A DNA stretch of 63,805 nucleotides, counting the filler, from Octopus bimaculoides (lineage: Eukaryota), in assembly GCF_001194135.2 (NCBI RefSeq). It is 6 parts of 6 records of this genome, joined end to end, with 100 filler letters (N's around TTAATTAATTAA, not from the genome) between each part and the next. Parts side by side here need not be neighbours in the genome. Positions count along the whole stretch, not along the records: positions 1 to 15,951 come from NC_068982.1; 5 more parts are not named here. One strand, written 5' to 3'. The translations under genes were made by a program, and so were the position numbers. Of this stretch, positions 1 through 10,977 are shown one piece after another. Within the stretch, counting starts at the first letter, position 1, and each line of letters starts with the position of its first letter. The notes under the pieces were generated by a model. The model was not told the origin of the DNA. It ran no database searches and worked only from the letters and a program-made list of their open reading frames with translations.

Positions 1-42
<42 letters not shown>

Positions 43-275
43 TGCGTTTGTGTGAGTGGTTGTGTCTGTGTTTGTCACCCACAACTGTTTGACAACCAGT
101 GTTGTGTCTACGTCCCTGCAACCTAGCGTTTCGGCATAACAGACTGACTGAATAAGTACCAGACTTTAAAAGATTAAGTACAGCAGCCGATTCTTTCGAC
201 TAAACGTCTTCAAGGTGGTGCCCCAGCATGGCCGCAATGAAATGAGTGAAACAAGTAAAAGATACAACAAAGTAG
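1..275 (+). mobile_element. SINE family A, 3' half
   Basis: (TG)n then tttgtcacccacaactgtttgacaaccagtgttgtgtctacgtccc...cagcatggccgca...gaaacaagtaaaaga, matching the 3' half of the copy at 52021-52447. Confidence 0.8.
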
Positions 276-1244
276 AGAAGTAAATCAATGGTCGCCCAGG
301 TTTTTGAGATGTGTCTAAGAAAATACGAAAGGACATCCAGGAAACTATTGTCATTCTGGTCGACAGAATGAAGGTGATTAAGTGTGAATTACATTGTTTC
401 ATAGCAGCAGCAGCGGCGGCAGCGGATCGGGCTGTGGTGCAATGCATATCCTCGTAAAAATGAAAGCGATTGAATTATCAAAATATTTGGTGTCGTGGAC
501 TGTCTAAGGAAACGGTAAATCAACACTGAAGATAAGCGCTGGATATTTGTCGAATGTAGTGGTGTAAATTGGCTTAATTAGGTTGGTCAATTTCTGCTGG
601 ACAATGTAGGTTTGTAAGCATGTTCCAGGTTAAGGGAACATCCTTGATCAGAACACACTCTGGAACGGTTCCATTATGAACGAGAGAAAAAACAGGATTA
701 TTGTTAATACACCAGACATTGTTATTAAAGGTTTATGTAAATAACAATTTAAGTTGTTTGTAAAACCATCATTGACCTCCTGACATCCTGACTACCCTGA
801 CCTTCTGGCCTCCTTTTCCCATGATAAAAAAAGAAAACTGAAATTAAAATAAGAGTCCCAATATACAAAATGTGAGGACAATCGCTCGAATTTTACCGCC
901 TTAGCATTAATTGTGGTGACGGTGAAGATATCATGCTATTGCTGCTACTAATGATGATGATGATGATGATGACGACGACGACGATGGTGTGCAACAGAAG
1001 AAATGCATCTTGGTACCACGATAGGTCATCAGACTAATGTCAAATGATTTACGCCAGCAAGTGCAGTCTACCTTGTGGCTGTTTGATTAAACTTATTGCA
1101 ATACTTTCCACTCCACAAACTGATTGACATTACAATGTTGGCGTTTTTAGGGGCCGGGGGGAAACCCCGAAAATTCCTTAACACAAATCAGCTCCTCAGT
1201 TTGCTTTTAGTCATCTCCTAAAGGTAATCTGGATTATGGTCCTT

Positions 1245-1458
1245 ATTATTATCATCATTATTATTATCATTATTATTATTATTATTATTGTTGTTGTTGT
1301 TGTTGTTTTTGTTATGTTGTTATTATTGTTGCACTTCTTTTTTCATTTATTTTCTTCTCATTTTCTTTTACCGCCACCTCAGTCTTTTTCCTTCTTCTTC
1401 CCTTTTCTTTTTTACTTTCTTACTTTCTTTCTTCCTTCCTTTCTTTCTTTCTTCCTTC

Positions 1459-1495
<37 letters not shown>

Positions 1496-1542
1496 TTTCT
1501 TTCTTTCTTTCTTTCTTCCTTCCTTTCTTTCTTTCTTCCTTG

Positions 1543-1589
<47 letters not shown>

Positions 1590-1630
1590 TCATTCTTTCT
1601 TTCTTTCTTTCTTTCTTCCTTCCTTTCCCT
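1245..1630. repeat. (ATT)n/(GTT)n and (TTTC)n microsatellites
   Basis: Directly visible tandem units; they generate the Ile/Phe/Leu and KERK-rich ORFs. Confidence 0.95.
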
Positions 1631-2129
1631 TCTGCTGCTCTTTTCTGCATTGTTGACTCGGTGCCTCTCTCGAAGAATGCCATAAAAGGAAAGAAACAAA
1701 AACAAATGGGAATGAAATCCTTCTTCACGCATTTCACACACGCCTGCTCTNNNNNNNNNNNNNNNNNNNNNNNNNNNNNNNNNNNNNNNNNNNNNNNNNN
1801 NNNNNNNNNNNNNNNNNNNNNNNNNNNNNNNNNNNNNNNNNNNNNNNNNNNNNNNNNNNNNNNNNNNNNNNNNTTAAACACACACACACAGTCACGCACA
1901 CTCACGCTCGCACGCACACACACGCTCGCACACGCACACACACGCTCGCACGCGCACACACGCTCGCACGCACACACATGCTCACACGCACGCACACTCA
2001 CAGTCACGCACACACACACACAGTCACGCACACACACGCTTACACACACTGAAGGAATCACAAACAAAAATACATACGCATGCGTATGCAACTCTAATTC
2101 TTTCTATTTTACGTGCAAGGCATGAAATG

Positions 2130-2315
2130 CTGGGGAAGTGGGTGGGTGTGGAGGCCAGTTGATTACAGTAACCCCAGTGTCTGACATGCTTTATTTAATC
2201 GTCCCCAAATAGATGAAATGCAAAATTGAACCCGGCAGAATTTGAACCCAGAACGCAAGAAGCCGGAAGAAATACTGCTAGGCATTTTGTCCGGCATGTT
2301 AACGATTCTGTCGAC
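2130..2315 (-). mobile_element. SINE family B, degenerate
   Basis: Similar to 9610-9795 and 49730-49950 (gatgaaatgcaaaattgaacccggcagaatttgaaccc...aatactgctaggcattttgtccggcatgttaacg). Confidence 0.7.
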
Positions 2316-2931
2316 TTATATGCAACTATAATGACAAACATTTTCCGTAATTTTTTTATAATAAAAAAACATCTTCCCTCGACTGCATGCAGAATAGGAC
2401 GACTGGGCGCCGCTTTTCGGACACTAATGATTTGTCGTGGCTGAATTTGTGTCAACGGTCGTACTTTTTGGCACTTGAGGCTCACACGGACATGCACGCG
2501 TGCGCAGAAATGTACAGATACAGATACTAAATTTAGTCAGAGAGAGGCAAAGAAACATTATTACACATATACAAATGTAACTAGATGCTCGCGCGCGCAC
2601 ACACGCTTACTCACACGCACACACACACATACAAGCACACACACATACATGCACACACACAAACACACACACAGATACATATATATATAGAGGGGGCGGG
2701 GTAGAGAATGTGAGAAACATTACAATGTCTAATGTCAAATATGTCGGCGTCGAATCAGCGACGCCAAATAAGCGGCGTAAAAACGGCTGCGCCAAGACGT
2801 CTCATAAACTATTCGATGAACCAAAGACATGCATAATTTGAACTCAAATTTGAAAGGCCGTTAAAGCCTGTTTTCCTTTTAGTGAAATTACTATGTTAAC
2901 CTGTCGCTATTTCTTTTCGTTTTTTCCACAG

Positions 2932-3131
2932 GTGATTCATTGTAGTGGCTACTTGAAAATCAAGCAATACACAATGGATATTTCACCATACGACGGATGC
3001 TACCAAAATGTCGGTCTGGTAGCTGTCGGCCATTCACTGCCACCTAGCGCTGTAACAGAGATTAAAATGTTTAACAATATGTTTATGTTCAGAGCCAGTT
3101 TAGACTTGAAGCTAATATTTCTAGATGCCAG
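2932..3131 (+). CDS. sim: single-minded (bHLH-PAS) internal exon, end of PAS-A to start of PAS-B, 200 bp, phase 0 to 2
   Basis: Pyrimidine tract ending ttttccacAG at 2930-2931, donor AG|GTGAGT at 3132. Translates [67 protein letters not shown], nearly identical to SIM1/SIM2/Sim as I recall them. Confidence 0.97.
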
Positions 3132-3559
3132 GTGAGTACAGTCAAAACTACATTATTAGTAAAATACATGATATACCTTTATAAATTAAAGCTTCTATAA
3201 CTCAATAACAGATGCTCTATCTTTCGTATTGAGTACTCTTTCCATGGTTTGTAAACCCACACGTCCATGTGTGTGTGAGTGCGTGTGAATGTGTGTATGT
3301 ATGTATGTATGTATGTATGTATGTATTTATGTAAGCATGTATGTATGTATGTATGTATGTATGCATGTATGTTCTCTGCAGTTTTTCATTATCTGAATTC
3401 TTCCCCTGAAGAAGGCGCTGGTTTCTAACAAAGATACAAAACTCCATCATTTAAATGTAGATAACAAAAACTAATTTACATTTTAAACTTGGGAAATGTC
3501 TTGTATACTTTTACTCTTCCACTTACAGATTGTATTTGTAATGTAGATGTTAGGTGGTT

Positions 3560-3815
3560 CTCTGGAAATCCAAGCTGAGCCGGATTATCAAACTAAGGGC
3601 ACCAATTATTATTGGTATAAATATGATCTTGCAATCTGTATATACATGATGGAAGCTTCGAAGCAGTTATCCATAGTTATCCTCTTTGATTTTCAAAGAG
3701 ATATTCAGATTAGCAGGACAGCTAACCTTTACGAAGGTCACTTGCTACTCAGAGTTTCACCAGTGGATGCACAGGATCGTCAGGCAACCCTGAAAATTCA
3801 GTACATCCATATATA
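3560..3815 (-). mobile_element. R4/Dong-like RLE non-LTR retrotransposon, 3' relic
   Basis: Minus frame VTFVKVSCPANLNISLKIKEDNYG*LLRSFHHVYTDCKIIFIPIIIGALSLI resembles the RLE C-terminus (EVSCP.D.N..KE.EK...Y...IPIIIGALG). Lies in a sim intron. Confidence 0.65.
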
Positions 3816-4059
3816 TATATATATATATATTATTATTATTATTTTATGTTTGACTTTTATTTTGCATTTGTACAAGTTGGATCCAAGTCTCACCCAGAGA
3901 CCTCAAGAGACAACAAGTTAGAAGTTCATGTAGGTGTTATGCCTAGGGTACCATATATTTGGATTTGTACAGTTTTGTTCAAGTGAATGTTTAAGAAACC
4001 ATAAGAAAATTATGTTTGCTTTAAAATTTGAGATCACATAGACAGTATTTTACGTAGGA

Positions 4060-4093
<34 letters not shown>

Positions 4094-4095
<2 letters not shown>

Positions 4096-4355
4096 ACCTC
4101 ATTTGGCCCCGCTCTCTTTAACATTACACCAAAACACATTAAAACAGTGACAGACCCCATAAAGTTCAAGAAGTCTTTGGACAAGTTCCTTCAAAAATCC
4201 TGGATAAACCTGCTACAGCCGGATATGTCTCCGTAAACAATAACTCTCTCCTCGAGTGGGCCATGTTGTCCGATTCCTGATTTGAATGACTTTGGCACGT
4301 GGTGCTATCAACTTAGACATATCCTAGGCCAATACTGGCCGAAACTTATCAAGGT
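4094..4355 (+). mobile_element. CR1/L2-group LINE 3' end relic
   Basis: SFGPALFNITPKHIKTVTDPIKFKKSLDKFLQK, then after a frameshift PGYVSVNNNSLLEW. Matches the GP.LFN.LP...FK..LDKFL..IPD.P C-terminal motif. Preceded by (ATT)n. Confidence 0.65.
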
Positions 4356-4910
4356 ATCAAAGTATATATATATATATACATATCATATATATATATATAT
4401 ATATANNNNNNNNNNNNNNNNNNNNNNNNNNNNNNNNNNNNNNNNNNNNNNNNNNNNNNNNNNNNNNNNNNNNNNNNNNNNNNNNNNNNNNNNNNNNNNN
4501 NNNNNNNNNNNNNNNNNNNNNNNNNNNNNNNNNNNNNNNNNNNNNNNNNNNNNNNNNNNNNNNNNNNNNNNNNNNNNNNNNNNNNNNNNNNNNNNNNNNN
4601 NNNNNNNNNNNNNNNNNNNNNNNNNNNNNNNNNNNNNNNNNNNNNNNNNNNNNNNNNNNNNNNNNNNNNNNNNNNNNNNNNNNNNNNNNNNNNNNNNNNN
4701 NNNNNNNNNNNNNNNNNNNNNNNNNNNNNNNNNNNNNNNNNNNNNNNNNNATATATATATATATATATATATATACGAATGCATATATGTGTCTATGTGT
4801 GATGTATTTATGTATGAATGTGTATTTGTATGTGTATACACAGTTGTGTCTACGTATGATTATTTGTTCCAACTGCCCCATGTTCTCCATGTGTCCATTT
4901 TCCATTTCAG

Positions 4911-5017
4911 GGTTGCACAACTGACGGGTTATGAACCGCAAGATCTGATCGAGAAGACATTATACCATTACATACACGCCTGTGATATTCTCCATATGAG
5001 ATACTCCCACCATACAC
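4911..5017 (+). CDS. sim: single-minded internal exon, PAS-B, 107 bp, phase 2 to 1
   Basis: Acceptor tttccatttcAG at 4909-4910, donor C|GTATGT at 5018. Translates (R)[35 protein letters not shown] and joins in frame to the previous exon. Confidence 0.97.
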
Positions 5018-5480
5018 GTATGTAAACTACCCTACCTACTCGTCTTTCTTCTCATTTTCCTGTAACTACTACTGCTACCTTACACACACACACACACACA
5101 GACACACACACACACACATGTCTATGTATGTATGAATGTATGTATGTATCTTGCTTGTCTTGATACGGTGAATACACCACTAATAATAACATATGCTTTG
5201 GCTAACTATCAGTTTTTTTATTGTTAGTCACTTGGTTAAATATCTCTAATCTACAACTAGATTAAATATCTAACCCAAAAGAAGTAGTATTGAACCAGTG
5301 TATGTGTTATCATTAATGTGATGACCTTCCCAAGACAAGATTTATTTCAATACACAAATTCACATCAAGAATATTGTGAACCAAATACAAAAACAAAGTA
5401 TATATATATGTATATATACATAAATATATGTATGCATGCGCATATATCTATATCTATATCTATATCTATCTATCTATCTA

Positions 5481-5527
<47 letters not shown>

Positions 5528-5950
5528 NNNNNNNNNNNNNNNNNNNNNNNNNNNNNNNNNNNNNNNNNNNNNNNNNNNNNNNNNNNNNNNNNNNNNNNNN
5601 NNNNNNNNNNNNNNNNNNNNNNNNNNNNNNNNNNNNNNNNNNNNNNNNNNNNNNNNNNNNNNNNNNNNNNNNNNNNNNNNNNNNNNNNNNNNNNNNNNNN
5701 NNNNNNNNNNNNNNNNNNNNNNNNNNNNNNNNNNNNNNNNNNNNNNNNNNNNNNNNNNNNNNNNNNNNNNNNNNNNNNNNNNNNNNNNNNNNNNNNNNNN
5801 NNNNNNNNNNNNNNNNNNNNNNNNNNNNNNNNNNNNNNNNNNNNNNNNNNNNNNNNNNNNNNNNNNNNNNNNNNNNNNNNNNNNNNNNNNNNNNNNNNNN
5901 NNNNNNNNNNNNNNNNNNNNNNNNNNNNNNNNNNNNNNNNNNNNNNNNNN

Positions 5951-6010
<60 letters not shown>

Positions 6011-6099
6011 GTATGAAGGTAATTCGGTGTTGCTAACCTGACATCCTTATGACAACCTGCTAATTTCAAAATAATCAAAATGAAGGATGCAGCAAACAA

Positions 6100-6480
6100 T
6101 CTCGTCATTGATGGTCATGACTGGAATACCTTCGATCCTAATTTTACTTAATCAGCTTTGAACTGGGACCAAGCAATAACAACCGAAAAGAACATGGAAA
6201 TAATAAAAAATTTTTCATATTTTAGTTTATTTAAAGAAAAACATCAACAACCAAAAAAAAAAAGAAGTTACAGAGAAAACGCCATCTGGTTCCCCCCACG
6301 CCCCTCCCCACAAAAATAATAAAAACTGCCTCCTTTGATGTTAATTTTAAATCCATGGTTAACCCTCGTCTCAATACTAACGTCGAAAATCTCTTATCGC
6401 GGTCTTCCGTTCCCAAAATATGACACTTCGGCCCAAAAAAGAAATCAGACAAGTACTTAGATCAAATATACAATTTATGC
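6100..6480 (+). mobile_element. very decayed Penelope-like element fragment (probably Naiad-type)
   Basis: Frame SALNWDQAITTEKNMEIIKNFSYFSLF and frame RSYRENAIWFPP resemble PLE RT and R.R..IWFNPP motifs. Many indels. Confidence 0.35.
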
Positions 6481-6696
6481 CCGCCCATCATCGTCCCCTT
6501 TCTGCCCTTTCAAGCACTACCACCTTAAATCTATCTATATCCCTCTCTAGGACCTGTTTCTATGGTGACGCATAGAAACACCTCTAAAACCTTATATCCT
6601 TAATAGATATACAGCACCACTTCCCTCCCCCTTACACAAACGTATAATTCACTGCTTCTTTTCAACAACCGTCGTTTATTGTCTGTCTGTCTCCCC

Positions 6697-6750
<54 letters not shown>

Positions 6751-6822
6751 TTATATCTAACTATCTCTCTCTATCCATCCATCTATCTATCTATTTACTT
6801 ACCTATCTATTTGTCTCTGTGT

Positions 6823-7581
6823 GGAGGCGCAATGGCTCAGTGATTAGGACAGCGGACTCGCGGTCGTAGGATCACGGTTTCGATTCCCAGACCGGGCGTT
6901 GTGAGTGTTTATTGAGCGAAAACACCTAAAGCTCCATGAGGCTCCGACAGGGGGNNNNNNNNNNNNNNNNNNNNNNNNNNNNNNNNNNNNNNNNNNNNNN
7001 NNNNNNNNNNNNNNNNNNNNNNNNNNNNNNNNNNNNNNNNNNNNNNNNNNNNNNNNNNNNNNNNNNNNNNNNNNNNNNNNNNNNNNNNNNNNNNNNNNNN
7101 NNNNNNNNNNNNNNNNNNNNNNNNNNNNNNNNNNNNNNNNNNNNNNNNNNNNNNNNNNNNNNNNNNNNNNNNNNNNNNNNNNNNNNNNNNNNNNNNNNNN
7201 NNNNNNNNNNNNNNNNNNNATTAGGACAGCGGACTCGCGGTCGTAGGATCACGGTTTCGATTCCCAGACCGGGCGTTGTGAGTGTTTATTGAGCGAAAAC
7301 ACCTAAAGCTCCATGAGGCTCCGACAGGGGGGTGGTGGCAAACCCTGCTGTATTCTTTCACCACAACATTCTCTCACTCTTCTTTCTTGTTTCTGTTGTA
7401 CCTGTATTTCAAAGGGGCCAGCCTTGTCACTCTGTGTCACGCTGAATCTCCCCCGAGAATTACGTTAAGGAGTACACGTGTCTGTGGAGTGCTCAACCAC
7501 ATGCACGTTAATTTCACGAGCAGTCTGCTCCCTTGATCGGATCAATTGGAACCTTCGTCGTCGTAAGCGACGGAGCGCCAC
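6823..7581 (+). mobile_element. tRNA-derived SINE family C, interrupted by a gap
   Basis: Head ggaggcgcaatggctcagtgattagg...ggtttcgattccc has pol III A/B-box-like motifs. Tail ...ttaatttcacgagcag...gatcggatcaattggaaccttcgtcgtcgtaagcgacggagcgcca is shared with the minus copy at 43780-44098. Confidence 0.85.
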
Positions 7582-7714
7582 GATATGTCTCTGTCAATCT
7601 GTCTTTGCTCGTAGTTCTCTTCTTGCAAAGACCTATCTACACTCACATATAGAAAGACCTCAAAACGGTAGAAATATATATTACACGATTACACACTTAC
7701 TCGGGCACATACTC

Positions 7715-8080
7715 ACACACAGATACACATACACATTCATACATATATTCACACATATACACATTCATACNNNNNNNNNNNNNNNNNNNNNNNNNNNNNN
7801 NNNNNNNNNNNNNNNNNNNNNNNNNNNNNNNNNNNNNNNNNNNNNNNNNNNNNNNNNNNNNNNNNNNNNNNNNNNNNNNNNNNNNNNNNNNNNNNNNNNN
7901 NNNNNNNNNNNNNNNNNNNNNNNNNNNNNNNNNNNNNNNNNNNNNNNNNNNCACAGATACACATACACATTCATACATATATTCACACATATACACATTC
8001 ATACATATATTCACACATATACACATTCATACATATATGCACACATATACACATTCATACATATATGCACATTCACACAT
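7715..8080. repeat. ~26-bp minisatellite (acatatacacattcatacatatattc) spanning a gap
   Basis: Repeated units on both sides of the gap 7771-7951. Confidence 0.85.
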
Positions 8081-8303
8081 ATTCACTTACAATGTATTAT
8101 TTTATTCACATGTACAGTTTATATATTATATATGTAACTTTGATAACTTTGATAGATTTCGTCCAGTACAGGCCCAGGACATGTCTAACTTGATTGAACC
8201 ACCTGGTATATATTATAAATTATAATTTATGTCATTATTTACTATATATATTATATATGTACAATTTATATAACTATATACTACACAGGGTAAATATTTT
8301 AAA

Positions 8304-8361
<58 letters not shown>

Positions 8362-8581
8362 CCTGCGTTCGTTTTACGATATTACGATTAAAAACATCGA
8401 CCTGTTTCTAAAAAATGTTTGCCCTGGGTTTGCAGTTTCTAAGTCAATTTCATTCCTGCACTTATGTTCTCAATTCGCATTTCAACCGGTAATCTAAATA
8501 TATATAAGCATATTATTCTTAGACGAGTAAATGGGAAGGTGTGGCGTTCATACTTTATTAATCACCATATTCAGTCATTAA

Positions 8582-8791
<210 letters not shown>

Positions 8792-9404
8792 TGAGTGAAC
8801 GCTTCATGTCATCGCTTCATGTTTTCTGCTCTGTAAATTGTTTCAATAAAAATCGTGTGTATGTATGTATGTATGGATGGATGGATGTACGTACGTATGG
8901 ATGTATGTATGGATGGATGGATGCATGCATGTATCTATGTATGGATGTATGTATGTATGTATGTATGTATGTGTTCACATATAACAAACATTTATGTATA
9001 GACATATCTACATAGATATATGTAAATCTATACAGAGACACACGCACACATACATACGTACATACATACATACATACATGCATACATACATGCATATATA
9101 CATGTATAGACATATGTGTAGATGTTAATATATGTACATGTTTACACTCATACACACGCATTCATACACGTACATTCAAACACACGTATATACGCAAACA
9201 CTCCCTCTCACACACACAGGTATGTCTTTATATTTGAGCGTATCCGGATTGTATTTTAACATTAACACAAGACTGGAAATTCCGGAGTAAAATATTTAAT
9301 CTAATCCATTGTATCTTACCATATTTCATTTGATATCGCCGTTGATAAACAATAGCGACGGTGATTATAGGCTAGCCACGGGACAGCCCAGTGTTTGACT
9401 GTAT

Positions 9405-9795
9405 TTCTTACTCCATTATTGCCCACAAGGGGACAAACGAGGACAAAGGGATTGAGTCGATTACATCGACTCCAGTGGGTAACTGGTACTTATTTAATTG
9501 ACCCTGAAAGGATGAAAGGCAAAGTCGACCTCGGCGGCATTTGAACTCAGAACGTAACGGTAGACGAAATACCTATTTCTTTACTGCCCACAAGGGGCTA
9601 CACACAGAGGGGACAAACAAGGACAGACAAACGGATTAAGTCGATTATATCGACCCCAGTGCGTAACTGGTACTTAATTTATCGACCCCGAAAGGATGAA
9701 AGGCAAAGTCGACCTCGGCGGAATTTGAACTCAGAAAGTAACGGTAGACGAAATACCGCTGAGCATTTCACCCGGCGTGCTAACGTTTCTGCCAG
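9405..9795 (-). mobile_element. SINE family B, composite of a head-truncated unit and a complete unit
   Basis: ttattgcccacaagggg...ggatgaaaggcaaagtcgacctcggcgg..tttgaactcagaacgtaacggtagacgaaatacc occurs twice (9415-9572, 9585-9757); the second ends in a full head (gctgagcatttcacccggcgtgctaacgtttctgccagc). Confidence 0.85.
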
Positions 9796-10099
9796 CACAG
9801 CGTTTGACTGTATTTCTGATAATGAGTGTCAAGGGAGTCTTTGTAACTTCCGGCAGAACAAATATGACAAGAGATTTTCGACAAGTACCTGTATTTCGTT
9901 TTGCCGTTGGTGTTTCTTATTTGTCATCGCAGACTAATTAGGTTTTTAATTACGCTTGATAAAGGCATTTTGCTTTGCCCCCTCATCTCTTGTTAGATTT
10001 GGCGAGTCAATTCTTCCCTAGATCTATCCGCAGCTAAAATAATCCAGAAAAATAAACAGACGGAAACAAATTGAGAAAAAGAGATTTTAAGAAAGAGAA

Positions 10100-10260
10100 G
10101 AATCGGGACAGAACTGGTACTTTATTTATCGACCACGAAAGAATGAAAGGCAAAGATGACCGCAACGAGATCTGAACAGAAGGAGCAGATGACCTAGCGG
10201 GAATGATTACCGCAAAGTAATTTACCCGACGTTCAAACGATTCCGCCAAGTGGCCGCCGA
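10100..10260 (-). mobile_element. SINE family B, degenerate
   Basis: actggtactttatttatcgaccacgaaagaatgaaaggcaaagatgacc...ttcaaacgattccgccaag. Confidence 0.65.
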
Positions 10261-10924
10261 CAACATCATGTACTGTCATTCCTATAATTACATAGAGAAA
10301 TAAAATAAAATAGAATAAATTTTAGTTTCTTCTCAAAAGAAACTAATTCGGTTAAATCACGTTGTGCTGGCTTTGCTGATTATTATTTCTTCAAAAGACA
10401 ACGAATTTTACAATAAGGAACGAACCCGTGACACTTTATTTTTTAACATTTTATTTATTTCATCTTGCGTTGAATCGAAGCCGCCATTTTGTTCAGGTAT
10501 ATCATCACAACTTGTATATAAACCCCTACAGTGTCATTGAAGTTCTCATCACTGCTTTCATAAAACGAGTGGAGATAAATTAAAAAGAAGGAAACTGTGG
10601 GATGGAGTTGCTGCATGACATCAATAGAATGGCTTAGATTCTCATCAGAGAATATCATTGATTTTTTTAAAAACCACAGTGTCTCTGAACAATTAACGTT
10701 TCGTGTTCCAGACACGTGACGAAACTTGAAATATACGAGTAAGATTTTATTCACATGATAAATGGTTTGTTATGCATGTGGTATTATTGTTTTATATACA
10801 AAAATGTCGTTTGTCTCTCGACTCACTTTTCAATTATAAAATAACGTAAAATGAAAATTGTAAAACATTTCAATAGTTCACTCTCAATCTCCACCTCTTC
10901 CTCCCATCTCTCTCGTTTTTTCTC

Positions 10925-10977
<53 letters not shown>

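Noticed and set aside
3404-3450. CTGAAGA...aaaac as a hammerhead
   Set aside because: No GAAA box and no convincing stem II or III.
3547-3921. 124-aa plus-strand ORF in a sim intron, considered as an alternative exon
   Set aside because: It is antisense to an R4/Dong RLE relic and runs into (TA)/(ATT) repeats.
6823-6895. tRNA gene
   Set aside because: A/B-box-like motifs are present, but it continues directly into a SINE body and I cannot fold a full cloverleaf.
7715-8080. CRISPR-like array
   Set aside because: Contiguous minisatellite without unique spacers, in a eukaryotic intron, with no cas genes.
10711-10720. ACGTG (Sim:Tango CME-like) sites as an autoregulatory module
   Set aside because: The 5-mer occurs sporadically at chance frequency, with no clustering or conservation evidence.
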